A DNA stretch of 64,000 bases, from positions 28,448 to 92,447 of the forward strand of contig JAUSCN010000013.1 of assembly GCA_030651285.1 (NCBI GenBank), written 5' to 3'. Positions 10,253 through 18,321 of the stretch are shown here, one piece after another. This stretch comes from a bacterium. GTDB lineage: Bacteria; Patescibacteriota; Minisyncoccia; Phycocordibacterales; Phycocordibacteraceae. Position 1 is the first letter of the stretch. Every line of letters starts with the position of its first letter. A program made the position numbers and the translations under genes. The notes beneath the pieces are model-generated. The model did no database searches. It was given only the letters and a program-made list of their open reading frames with translations, and was not told where the DNA came from.

Positions 10253-10519
10253 CTACTTCTTCAAACCGAGCTTCTTCACGAGCGCGTTGTAGTTGCGCTT
10301 GTTGTTAGTCTCGAGATAGCGAAGATGACTGCGACGATCTGCGACCATCTGCAGGAGGCCACGGCGAGAATGAAAATCCTTCGGATTCTTCTTGAGGTGC
10401 TTTGTGAGCTCGTCAATCTGTCCTGAAAGAAGCGCGACCTGGACCTCTGGCGAGCCAGTGTCCGTATCGTGCCGAGCAGTGTTTTTCATGACTGCCGCCT
10501 TTTTCTTAGTGGTAAGCAT
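10253..10519 (-). CDS. rpsO: 30S ribosomal protein S15
   Basis: An internal Met gives an 88-aa protein (MLTTKKKAAV..GSPEVQVALLSGQIDELTKHLKKNPKDFHSRRGLLQMV..), which is collinear with S15. It ends in TAG. Confidence 0.93.
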   Translation of the reverse strand: MLTTKKKAAVMKNTARHDTDTGSPEVQVALLSGQIDELTKHLKKNPKDFHSRRGLLQMVADRRSHLRYLETNNKRNYNALVKKLGLKK

Positions 10520-10649
10520 GTAGACCCCTACCCTACCACGCCTTGCCATTATATGCAAGTCTCGCATAATCACGCCTTCTTATCTTCCCTACCCTTCAAG
10601 CCGAAGGTCGCACAATATAATACGAGGGACAGGATGCTACACTTTTCGT

Positions 10650-11549
10650 ATGGACACCGAGACAGCAAAACGCCAGTTTCTCGAGTACATTGAGATCGAA
10701 CGTGGGCGCGCTGTGAAGACTATTGAGAACTACGACCACTATCTCACGCGGTATTTCTCCCAAATGCGCATACAGAAAGTGGGCGATATAAGCGAACAGA
10801 GCATTCGGGAGTTTCGTCTCTGGCTGAACCGCCAATCAGGCACGAACAACGACCCAATGAAGCGCCGGACGCAGAATTACTACATGATCGCACTGCGCGC
10901 ATTCCTTAAATTCCTCCGGAAACGCGATATTCCCGCCATTTCTCCAGAAAAAATAGAGCTCGCGAAGCTTCCAGAGCGCCAAATTGATCTCATCACCCCT
11001 GCAGAGCTCCAACGCCTCTTGAAGACAGCTTCAGGTACTGAAGAGAAAGATCTTCGCAATACTGCCATGCTTGAACTCCTTTTCTCGACCGGACTGCGTG
11101 TTTCAGAGCTTTGCGCACTTGATACTGATCTCGATCTCACTCAGGACTCTTTTTCGATACGCGGGAAGGGCGACAAAGTTCGCGTTGTATTCGTCTCCCT
11201 TGCCGCAAAAAACACAGTATCTGCCTACTTAAAAACACGGAAAGACATGGTGGAGGCGCTTTTTGTAAACATTCCTCGCGGATCCTCAATGCCCACCCGC
11301 CTCACTCCCCGTTCCGTTGAGAGAATCATCAAAGAGTGCGCGATTAAAGCCGGCATTACGAAAAAGGTGACCCCGCACATCCTCCGCCATGCCTTTGCCA
11401 CAGACCTCCTTAACAATGGAGCTGATATCCGTTCAGTGCAGCAACTCCTCGGCCACGCTTCGATTAATACTACTCAGATCTATACCCACATCACCGACTC
11501 CCATCTACGCGAAATTCACAAAAAATTCCACGGCAAAGACCGCACATAA
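10650..11549 (+). CDS. xerC: tyrosine recombinase, XerC/XerD family
   Basis: SAM-like N-terminal domain. Catalytic-region motifs are ELLFSTGLRVSEL, HILRHAFATDLL and LLGHASINTTQIYTH. Confidence 0.88.
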   Translation: MDTETAKRQFLEYIEIERGRAVKTIENYDHYLTRYFSQMRIQKVGDISEQSIREFRLWLNRQSGTNNDPMKRRTQNYYMIALRAFLKFLRKRDIPAISPEKIELAKLPERQIDLITPAELQRLLKTASGTEEKDLRNTAMLELLFSTGLRVSELCALDTDLDLTQDSFSIRGKGDKVRVVFVSLAAKNTVSAYLKTRKDMVEALFVNIPRGSSMPTRLTPRSVERIIKECAIKAGITKKVTPHILRHAFATDLLNNGADIRSVQQLLGHASINTTQIYTHITDSHLREIHKKFHGKDRT

Positions 11550-11555
11550 ATCAGT

Positions 11556-11837
11556 TTATTCGCCAAATAGTTCCGAATGCGTACCGACATTAAGAATGGT
11601 AACGAGGTGCAATATATCGTCTTTCTCATATTGTACGAGGAGATTGAATCCGAGATGACACTCTCGAGATCCTGCAAGATCCCCTTGAAGTGCGTGGTCT
11701 TTGAAGTTAGCGGGTATTCTTTTGCAAAATATAAACAAGGACAGTAGTTCTCTGAACGTATCTTTTGGAAACGAGCCGCTCCGTCGAAGTCGCTTTAGTG
11801 CTTTTCGTGCACCTTGTGCATATGCGACGTCGTACAT
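11556..11837 (-). CDS. yafQ: type II toxin, YafQ/RelE-family mRNA interferase
   Basis: KDHALQGDLAGSRECHL..LLVQYEKDD..LVTILNVGTHSELFG is collinear with E. coli YafQ (recalled sequence). Confidence 0.8.
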   Translation of the reverse strand: MYDVAYAQGARKALKRLRRSGSFPKDTFRELLSLFIFCKRIPANFKDHALQGDLAGSRECHLGFNLLVQYEKDDILHLVTILNVGTHSELFGE

Positions 11838-11842
11838 ATGAA

Positions 11843-12118
11843 TTACGAAACGGCTTTTAGCGCCTCTTCGACAGTGCTGTATCGTTTGCCATACTTTTTA
11901 GCATATGCCATTTCGCGTAAAACGCGCGCTTCAAACTCAGGAGTGAATCCGTTCACGGTGCGCGGGGTAAATGGCATCGCTTTATCCTGTGCCACTCTGG
12001 TGAGGTACATATTGACACCCGTTGAGAGGTCGAGCCCCATACGCTTGAATACGCGCTGCGCCTCGCGTTTTATCGCTGCATCAGTTCGCACATTAAGAAT
12101 TGCTGTTTTTGTTGCCAT
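11843..12118 (-). CDS. dinJ: type II antitoxin, RelB/DinJ family
   Basis: N-terminal ribbon-helix-helix pattern ILNVRTDAAIKREAQRVFKRMGLDLSTGVNMYL. It lies 5 nt upstream of the toxin gene. Confidence 0.8.
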   Translation of the reverse strand: MATKTAILNVRTDAAIKREAQRVFKRMGLDLSTGVNMYLTRVAQDKAMPFTPRTVNGFTPEFEARVLREMAYAKKYGKRYSTVEEALKAVS

Positions 12119-12128
12119 ATCGACAGTA

Positions 12129-12141
12129 TATACAATGTATA
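12129..12141. promoter_or_regulatory. inverted repeat, candidate DinJ-YafQ operator
   Basis: tataca-a-tgtata, 11 nt upstream of the dinJ ATG. Confidence 0.3.
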
Positions 12142-12212
12142 CACAACTGCAAGAAAAGAGATATCACCAGTGGCCGCACTATTTCCGAATCCTTAAGCAG
12201 TAAGGGGGTTCT

Positions 12213-13169
12213 TTATTTGAGCATCCGTGTAACGAGCGCAATCATCTGCTCTTTCTTCTTTGGGTCGCTCTCGGCGATGAGGAGAGTGAGCGCGGTGAGC
12301 GCTGGCGGATTTATATTGCGACCATTCTTGCTTCGAGCCTTTCGTAGAAACTAAACAAACGAGAATGCTCCCGACCGTTTGTTACCGTCGGTGAAGGGAT
12401 GATTCTTCACCATGAAATACAGAAGGTGGGCAGCCTTCTCTTCAATGGTCTCGTACATAGCTTTCCCGCCAAACGATTGCATGACGTTTCCGACGATGCC
12501 TTCGATACTTCCTACAGCTCTCTCGTGCGCAAAAATCTCCGTCGCTTCGCCTCTTTTGAGAAGCTCGGAACGAAGACTTAGAATCGCTTCCGTCAGTTCC
12601 ACGCCAGTCAACTTGACCGCTTTTTTAGTGGACCCAACCGTTGTTAGAGTCTCTTTATCATACGCGTCAAGCGATATCCAAGTACTCGAGAATTCTTTAA
12701 TCAATTCCAATATCGCTTTTGGATCAAGAAGCACCTGTTCCGGCAAAAGCGACTGAATATCCGAAACGGATTTCATAAACGCATCGTAGTTCTTCGCAAT
12801 CTGCCTGCGATTTACGGTGTAGCCCTTGGTGATGTGCTCGCGCAGCGTCTTGGTCGCCCACTTTCTAAACTCTATGGCAATCTTTGAATTAGTTCGGTAG
12901 CCGATGCTTAAAATAATGTCGAGAGAATAAGCAGCGACCGGTTTGTCAGAATGTGCAATGTGCATTTTTTGCACATTGCTTTTTTCATCAATTTCTCCGT
13001 CTTTCAAGATATTCCTGATGTGTTTGGTTACAACCGACCGCTCCACACCGAACACATCGGCGATTTGCGCCTGTGTCGCCCAAAGCGTCTCGCGCGACAT
13101 ATCGCCACGGAACTCGATTGCGCCGTTCTTTGCCTGATATATGACCATGCCGGTATTCTTTTTTCCCAT
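12213..13169 (-). pseudogene. RhuM-like N-terminal domain fused to a Fic/Doc toxin domain, interrupted by an in-frame TAG at 12351-12353
   Basis: RhuM-type N-terminus (VIYQAKNGAIEFR..LWATQAQIADVFGV..LDIILSIGYRTNSKIAIEFRKWAT). The Fic/Doc motif HPFTDGNKRSGAFSFV is followed by TAG. The same frame then continues for 45 codons (FLRKARSKNGRNINPPALTALTLLIAESDPKKKEQMIALVTRMLK) to TAA at 12213. Confidence 0.75.
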
Positions 13170-13230
13170 ACGTTCATTCTACCTCACCCCAAAGAGGCGC
13201 GGCCTGCGGCCGCACCTCACACAAGCGAAA

Positions 13231-13249
13231 CCCCCGCGTGAGGCGGGGG
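13231..13249 (-). terminator. GC-rich hairpin between two minus-strand genes
   Basis: cccccgc-gtgag-gcggggg, flanked by the partly complementary acacaa/ttgtgt. Confidence 0.5.
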
Positions 13250-13278
13250 TTGTGTGTTACGAAAAAATGAATGTGCAG

Positions 13279-13875
13279 CTACATCCGGTGGATGTATGTC
13301 GCCTGAATCTCTTGAGCGATAGAAACACCGGAACGCAATCTTTTCACGCCGAGCTCTTGTAGGCTTTCAAGAGCATTCGCACGAGTGTCTATCAAGGTCA
13401 TCGGGGCACACATCGTGGGAGTCCGTTCGACAATTTCCAGAAATAGCCTTTTGGCGAGACCTTTCTGATTTTGCCGAACACATAACTCGGCGAATCGACA
13501 TAGTCCGAAGTATCCGAGCTTCCCCGGAGTGTCTGCCGTCTCGCTCGAGTAATATCTTCCGAGCTGTGGCGGATCATGAATAAGAAGAACCTTTTTCTTC
13601 CCATCCATGATTCCCAGGAAGAGTTCCATCGCTTCAGCCTCATGTCCTTGCTTGGCGAGACACAGAGCAAGCTTCTCCGAATAAGAACTCTTGCAGTTCA
13701 GCTTCCCGTCTTTCCCAACGACTGTCGCCAATTTGACGAGCAGATCTTCCAGATCACTCCGGCAGAACAATGGGTTCGAATCTTTGCCATACCCTATCTT
13801 CTTGAGCCAACGAGTAGTGAACAGGAACGGGTGACGAGACGAGACTTTTCGAATCGCCCGGGTGGTAGTTCCCAT
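13279..13875 (-). CDS. hypothetical protein, helical-repeat-like
   Basis: AAAGGAG lies 5 nt upstream of the internal ATG (MGTTTRAIRK..). No family was recognised. Two TPR-like helix pairs are present (EKLALCLAKQGHEAEAMELFLGI and FAELCVRQNQKGLAKRLFLEIVE). Confidence 0.5.
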   Translation of the reverse strand: MGTTTRAIRKVSSRHPFLFTTRWLKKIGYGKDSNPLFCRSDLEDLLVKLATVVGKDGKLNCKSSYSEKLALCLAKQGHEAEAMELFLGIMDGKKKVLLIHDPPQLGRYYSSETADTPGKLGYFGLCRFAELCVRQNQKGLAKRLFLEIVERTPTMCAPMTLIDTRANALESLQELGVKRLRSGVSIAQEIQATYIHRM

Positions 13876-14077
13876 GGGCACTCCTTTCCGATAAATATGA
13901 ATTTGTACTTATTTTGATTCTGGGTGGAATGTACCACAGATGTTTCTAGTGCAGCAGATTATTATTCTAAAACTTCACGGCTCTGTAGTCATCAAATTCG
14001 ACATCCATAAAGTCTGTCCTCATACCAGAATATCCTTCATTTAGAAAAAATGCTCCCGTTGCGAAGTCTTTAAGCAT

Positions 14078-15106
14078 TTACTCAATCTCTCTTATGCTGA
14101 ACAGTTTATATTCCGCGTCTTTAATCTCATCATTTCTTATAAACACGGAGGTGCCGGGCTCTAAAAGAATTTTATTTGCCGGGTAACCACATATTTTCTG
14201 GACATCTATCCCTGGATTGATCTGTGACCAATCGCCTCTGTCGGTATATTCCGCAACTTTTTCCCAAGCACCACCATTCTTTCCATCTGTTAAATCTCTA
14301 TGGAGCTCCAGCTTTACCGACCCCCCATCTGGGTTAGATTTTACGATAAACTTCACACCAATCCATACATTCGATGGCATGGATGCATCAACAGTATTCC
14401 ATTTCGTTTTGTGAGTCTCGCTCGGTTTATTCCTACTGTATGATCCTTCATGTATCAATTCCTTTTGGAATACGGCGCGCCCATCGTAAAGCAGTCTCCC
14501 GTAATACGTCGCACCGAAACAAGGATTTTCCTCTGTTGCATCCTGATGCTCGCTTCGTGCCCCAATGACAATACCCTGAGAACTTGTCGAGCCGTATTCC
14601 GACACCCGTTTCGCATAAATCGTGACCTCAACATTATTCCATTTTTTGTTTTTAGCAGGATCAAGAACATACATTCTCGGAGCATCGCCCTCTAGTCGAA
14701 CAGTACCGTCACCCTGAATGTACACAGCACCATCGCCACGAGAAACAAATTCACGATCAACAGGGTCACTGTCCCCACTATGCAAGGTCTTAGCTTTTTC
14801 TTTTGCCCATTTTGAGTACCAAACCCGACTATTTTCCTTTGTGGGATATAGCATTGCAATCCCATCGAAAGATAACGCGATCGTTGGTGTGATAACAGGC
14901 TTCGAAGGAAGTTTCTCTGGATCCTCTAACTCACCTGGCTCAATCGATAATACCGGCTCTGGTGCTACATTCTCGGAATTTGTGCCCAGTGACTCAGCTT
15001 TGAGATATAAAGCCCCCCAAACCACTACAATCAGAGCAATACCTACCCTTGCAAGGAATTTAATCCTTGAGCGCCTTAGCTCCCCCGACCTGTGAGGTTC
15101 ATCCAT
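14078..15106 (-). CDS. secreted/anchored beta-jelly-roll-like protein, possible polysaccharide lyase or binding protein
   Basis: N-terminal TM anchor (VGIALIVVVWGALYL). The beta-rich C-terminal part (WNNVEVTIYAKRV, GATYYGRLLYDGRAVFQKELIHEG, WIGVKFIV) looks like a ConA-like/PL fold. This is pattern recognition only. The gene overlaps the upstream gene by 31 nt. Confidence 0.5.
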   Translation of the reverse strand: MDEPHRSGELRRSRIKFLARVGIALIVVVWGALYLKAESLGTNSENVAPEPVLSIEPGELEDPEKLPSKPVITPTIALSFDGIAMLYPTKENSRVWYSKWAKEKAKTLHSGDSDPVDREFVSRGDGAVYIQGDGTVRLEGDAPRMYVLDPAKNKKWNNVEVTIYAKRVSEYGSTSSQGIVIGARSEHQDATEENPCFGATYYGRLLYDGRAVFQKELIHEGSYSRNKPSETHKTKWNTVDASMPSNVWIGVKFIVKSNPDGGSVKLELHRDLTDGKNGGAWEKVAEYTDRGDWSQINPGIDVQKICGYPANKILLEPGTSVFIRNDEIKDAEYKLFSIREIE

Positions 15107-18100
15107 CCGTCCAGTATAGTGGACCAGATTGTTCTTGGGAAACGAGACGACAAAATATCAAGTTTGAATTGAGCGGGAACAGCTTCGTGAAGAACGAATT
15201 CTGTCTGCGGAATGCCATTTCCCCTATCCAGTTCAGAAAGGGTCATAATTCTTATTCCCTGCCGCTTCATATCTTTAATGACAGTCTCGAAATCCCTCAA
15301 TGAAAATTCAGTATGTTGAGATGCTGGTCCCTTTGAAATTTTATGGAACATTAGGAATAGCGTCTGCTTATATTTTATTGCATCGCTAACAGCATTATGA
15401 GCATCTGTTGATTGTGCGGTATTACTGTACATACCAAACGTTCCTACTGCGAGCGAATCAGCAAACGGGAACGCTACAGGCACAGCAATGGTTGCTCGAG
15501 CGTATTTATAGTATTTGCCTATGATGGCTCGCGTAGAATTGTCGATGCTACCATCTGGATATACGTACCAGTTTGGAGCTGAATTGAGATCATTTTTGAT
15601 CAAGTAGTACAGCGCATCCATAACATCATTAGTAAAGCCCTCTATGTTATCTTCATGTACGTATTCAAGAACCGCATTCTTGTGGAGACTCGAGTGACTT
15701 ACCACATTCCACCCATACTCACTCTGGAGGGTTTTTAGATTATCCAATGTTAGATACCTCTTCGTATCAACGCTACCAGTCACCATTGCAACATTGCCTT
15801 TTACTCCGTACTTATTCATGATTTGAGCAGCATCCATCACCGATGCCCATCCATCATCAAAAACAATTACTGCGCGAGCCTCCTTTTGATCAGGAACTAA
15901 TCTAAATTCATGAATATTTACTTTTGCTACCTTACCCTGTTTCGCAGTTGCGACAATTTTAATTCCATCGACCTTAGACCAATCGAATGATGAATCCTTC
16001 TTTGTCCAATTACCCAATTCGACCTTCCTCAAGTCACCCTTAGCCACTCCGAAGTTGATCCACGTATTATTTCGATTGATGTCTTCTTCCGGATCAGGAA
16101 TAATCGACTTTACATTAAACTTGGCATAAGTTGCCCAATTATCATTGGAAAGATACAGATCAACGCCCTGCAGGCTGAAGATCCTATCGACCTTGAATTG
16201 GAAGTAGATGTTGTGATTCGACAAATCTAGATTGACTTTCTTCTCAATACCGAAATGTGAACCATCGGAAGCCGTGGTTATTCCAAGACTGTTTTCCTTC
16301 TGATTAACAGATAAGGATCCTCCAACTACTCCAGAAATGAATTCGCTTACCTCCTCCCATCCTATAGATGTATTTAGAGAATCAATCTGTTGTATTGATG
16401 AGTTACTCTGGTTTGCATCATAATTTTTCTTCACATCGATACTTCTCTCTACGTTCTCAGTTCTGTCTATTTTAACTGTATACTCACCTTTCTTTGTCGT
16501 AACTATTACAAGATTTTTATCCTGTCTGAAGGTTACATTAGCGGCATTTTGACCGATATTAATTGCAGTCACATAAGAAACACTGTTTCCTTTTTTTGCA
16601 TACGAAATCGAATGACATGGAATCGCTACTTTGTATTGAACTGAGCACTGTCCATCAAGTGGTTTCTGTTTATTTATTGCCGTACTCAACTTAAGACCAT
16701 CAGTGGCGAACTGTTTGATAGTTAGGGATTGCTTTGGATCAGAACCTTCCGCCTTGAGAGTTAAGCCGTCAGTGGTTACTCGAGCTCCTGGGAAGAGGTG
16801 GAACATCTGTTCATACGTATGCGGTGCAGAAGACTTGAGATTGTCCAACACAAGTACGGTGGAATCCTCGATTAATACTATTGCCCTCTCGTGAGAGACG
16901 CCATCATAAAGAATGTTTTGGCCAGACTGGTACACATAGCCATCCCCTTCTTCGAAAAATCCAGCGAAGACCTTTTTTGGCTGTGTACTTGATTCGAGAC
17001 CCGCCGACTGATCCTTACCGTCTACAACGACAGTATTGTGAGATCGTGTTCCATGGAAATATGAGCGGTATGACCCCTCTTCATACGTATAAAGACCCGC
17101 GTCCGGCATCAAAGCTATTCCCCCGCCAAAAAGATTGAAGCTGAGTGCGTCGAGATCGCTATGATTGGTTCTGTAATTCCCAACATCAAATATAACCTGT
17201 GTTTGATTTACATACCCATTCTTATTGTTCCAAGCAGACCTCATTATGGTTTGCCCGCCTGAGGGGTATCGAATATTCAGCTTTGCAGGCTTCTCACCCT
17301 CCTCGCCCTGCGTCAATACATACAACAGATCCGGACGTTTCTCTGCAATTTCCTTATAGAGACCAAATAGATTTATCTGCCTCGTAATAGAGGCACCGAC
17401 CGTCGACACCGACAGGTCAGGTTGCAACATATAGACGACGTAAGACACCATTTTATCTAGCTTTTCTTCCGAAAAACCATCTATCGTGAGGTTGTTCTGT
17501 TTTAGATATTTATTGATCTCCAAAAACTTTTCCAAAACATAGAGATGGTAGTACGGCGAATTTTCGACCAACACCCCATCCTCATCAATAATATTTGCCT
17601 GACTCTCAGCAATTCGCTTTGACGCCAATTTGTACCACGAATCTGCCCCCTTCATGTCGGGGAAATTAGCTGCCAAAAGGAAGAGTGCTGCAGCCTGATC
17701 GAGGCCATGGTTATAATCCTTCTCAAAATGAGTAGGGTCCGCCAGGAAGTTTCCATGAACCTTGAGCGACGCCAATATTTTCTTGTCTAACTCGGGTGAC
17801 AATTCATTTTTCTCACGCAACTTCGCCTGCACGCTTATGAGCGTCATGGCCCTAAATGCAACACCATGGTAGTCCCACGAATATTGGCCTTTTTGACCCT
17901 TATCTAGAAAAGACTCGGTGATCTGAATCAGATTATCCTTATACTCTGGCTTGCCAGTCTTCTGCCACGCAAAAAGAAGATTCCGTACAGGCTCTAGATT
18001 GTAATAATTAAAACGCCAATAAATATCAGAAAATGGATCTTCTTTCCAAGTTTGTTTATTTATCACTACGGGCTCGAATCGACTGATTTCGTATCTATTC

Positions 18101-18321
18101 TCGAGAATCCCATCTGCCACTCGAATATCTCCGGTTGCGATATTCGAGTAAATAATTTCCTTCCCATACACGATAGGATAGTCGTGATTCTGAATCATCT
18201 TGAGTATCTTGCTGCCCATCGGATACAGCAAAACAACGACTACCCCTATCAGGGTAACGATAAGTCCCAGATGAGCATGTTTCTTTTTTAGAAGAGCCAT
18301 AAATTTTAGCGTGTCCCCCAC
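15076..18321 (-). CDS. membrane-anchored heparinase II/III-like lyase fused to a CE4 (NodB) polysaccharide deacetylase
   Basis: 1081 aa. Heparinase II/III block NHSDLDALSFNLFGGGIALMPDAGLYTY..GTRSHNTVVVDGKDQ. C-terminal CE4 motifs VIVFDDGW and VSHSSLH. Overlaps the GT2 gene by 16 nt. Confidence 0.8.
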   Translation of the reverse strand: MGDTLKFMALLKKKHAHLGLIVTLIGVVVVLLYPMGSKILKMIQNHDYPIVYGKEIIYSNIATGDIRVADGILENRYEISRFEPVVINKQTWKEDPFSDIYWRFNYYNLEPVRNLLFAWQKTGKPEYKDNLIQITESFLDKGQKGQYSWDYHGVAFRAMTLISVQAKLREKNELSPELDKKILASLKVHGNFLADPTHFEKDYNHGLDQAAALFLLAANFPDMKGADSWYKLASKRIAESQANIIDEDGVLVENSPYYHLYVLEKFLEINKYLKQNNLTIDGFSEEKLDKMVSYVVYMLQPDLSVSTVGASITRQINLFGLYKEIAEKRPDLLYVLTQGEEGEKPAKLNIRYPSGGQTIMRSAWNNKNGYVNQTQVIFDVGNYRTNHSDLDALSFNLFGGGIALMPDAGLYTYEEGSYRSYFHGTRSHNTVVVDGKDQSAGLESSTQPKKVFAGFFEEGDGYVYQSGQNILYDGVSHERAIVLIEDSTVLVLDNLKSSAPHTYEQMFHLFPGARVTTDGLTLKAEGSDPKQSLTIKQFATDGLKLSTAINKQKPLDGQCSVQYKVAIPCHSISYAKKGNSVSYVTAINIGQNAANVTFRQDKNLVIVTTKKGEYTVKIDRTENVERSIDVKKNYDANQSNSSIQQIDSLNTSIGWEEVSEFISGVVGGSLSVNQKENSLGITTASDGSHFGIEKKVNLDLSNHNIYFQFKVDRIFSLQGVDLYLSNDNWATYAKFNVKSIIPDPEEDINRNNTWINFGVAKGDLRKVELGNWTKKDSSFDWSKVDGIKIVATAKQGKVAKVNIHEFRLVPDQKEARAVIVFDDGWASVMDAAQIMNKYGVKGNVAMVTGSVDTKRYLTLDNLKTLQSEYGWNVVSHSSLHKNAVLEYVHEDNIEGFTNDVMDALYYLIKNDLNSAPNWYVYPDGSIDNSTRAIIGKYYKYARATIAVPVAFPFADSLAVGTFGMYSNTAQSTDAHNAVSDAIKYKQTLFLMFHKISKGPASQHTEFSLRDFETVIKDMKRQGIRIMTLSELDRGNGIPQTEFVLHEAVPAQFKLDILSSRFPRTIWSTILDGWMNLTGRGS

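Noticed and set aside
13967-14077. 36-codon ORF starting with ATG immediately after, and in frame with, the TAA of the jelly-roll gene
   Set aside because: It has no recognisable features and no SD. TAA is a functional stop elsewhere, so this is probably chance. I noted it only because two other in-frame stop situations exist in the window.
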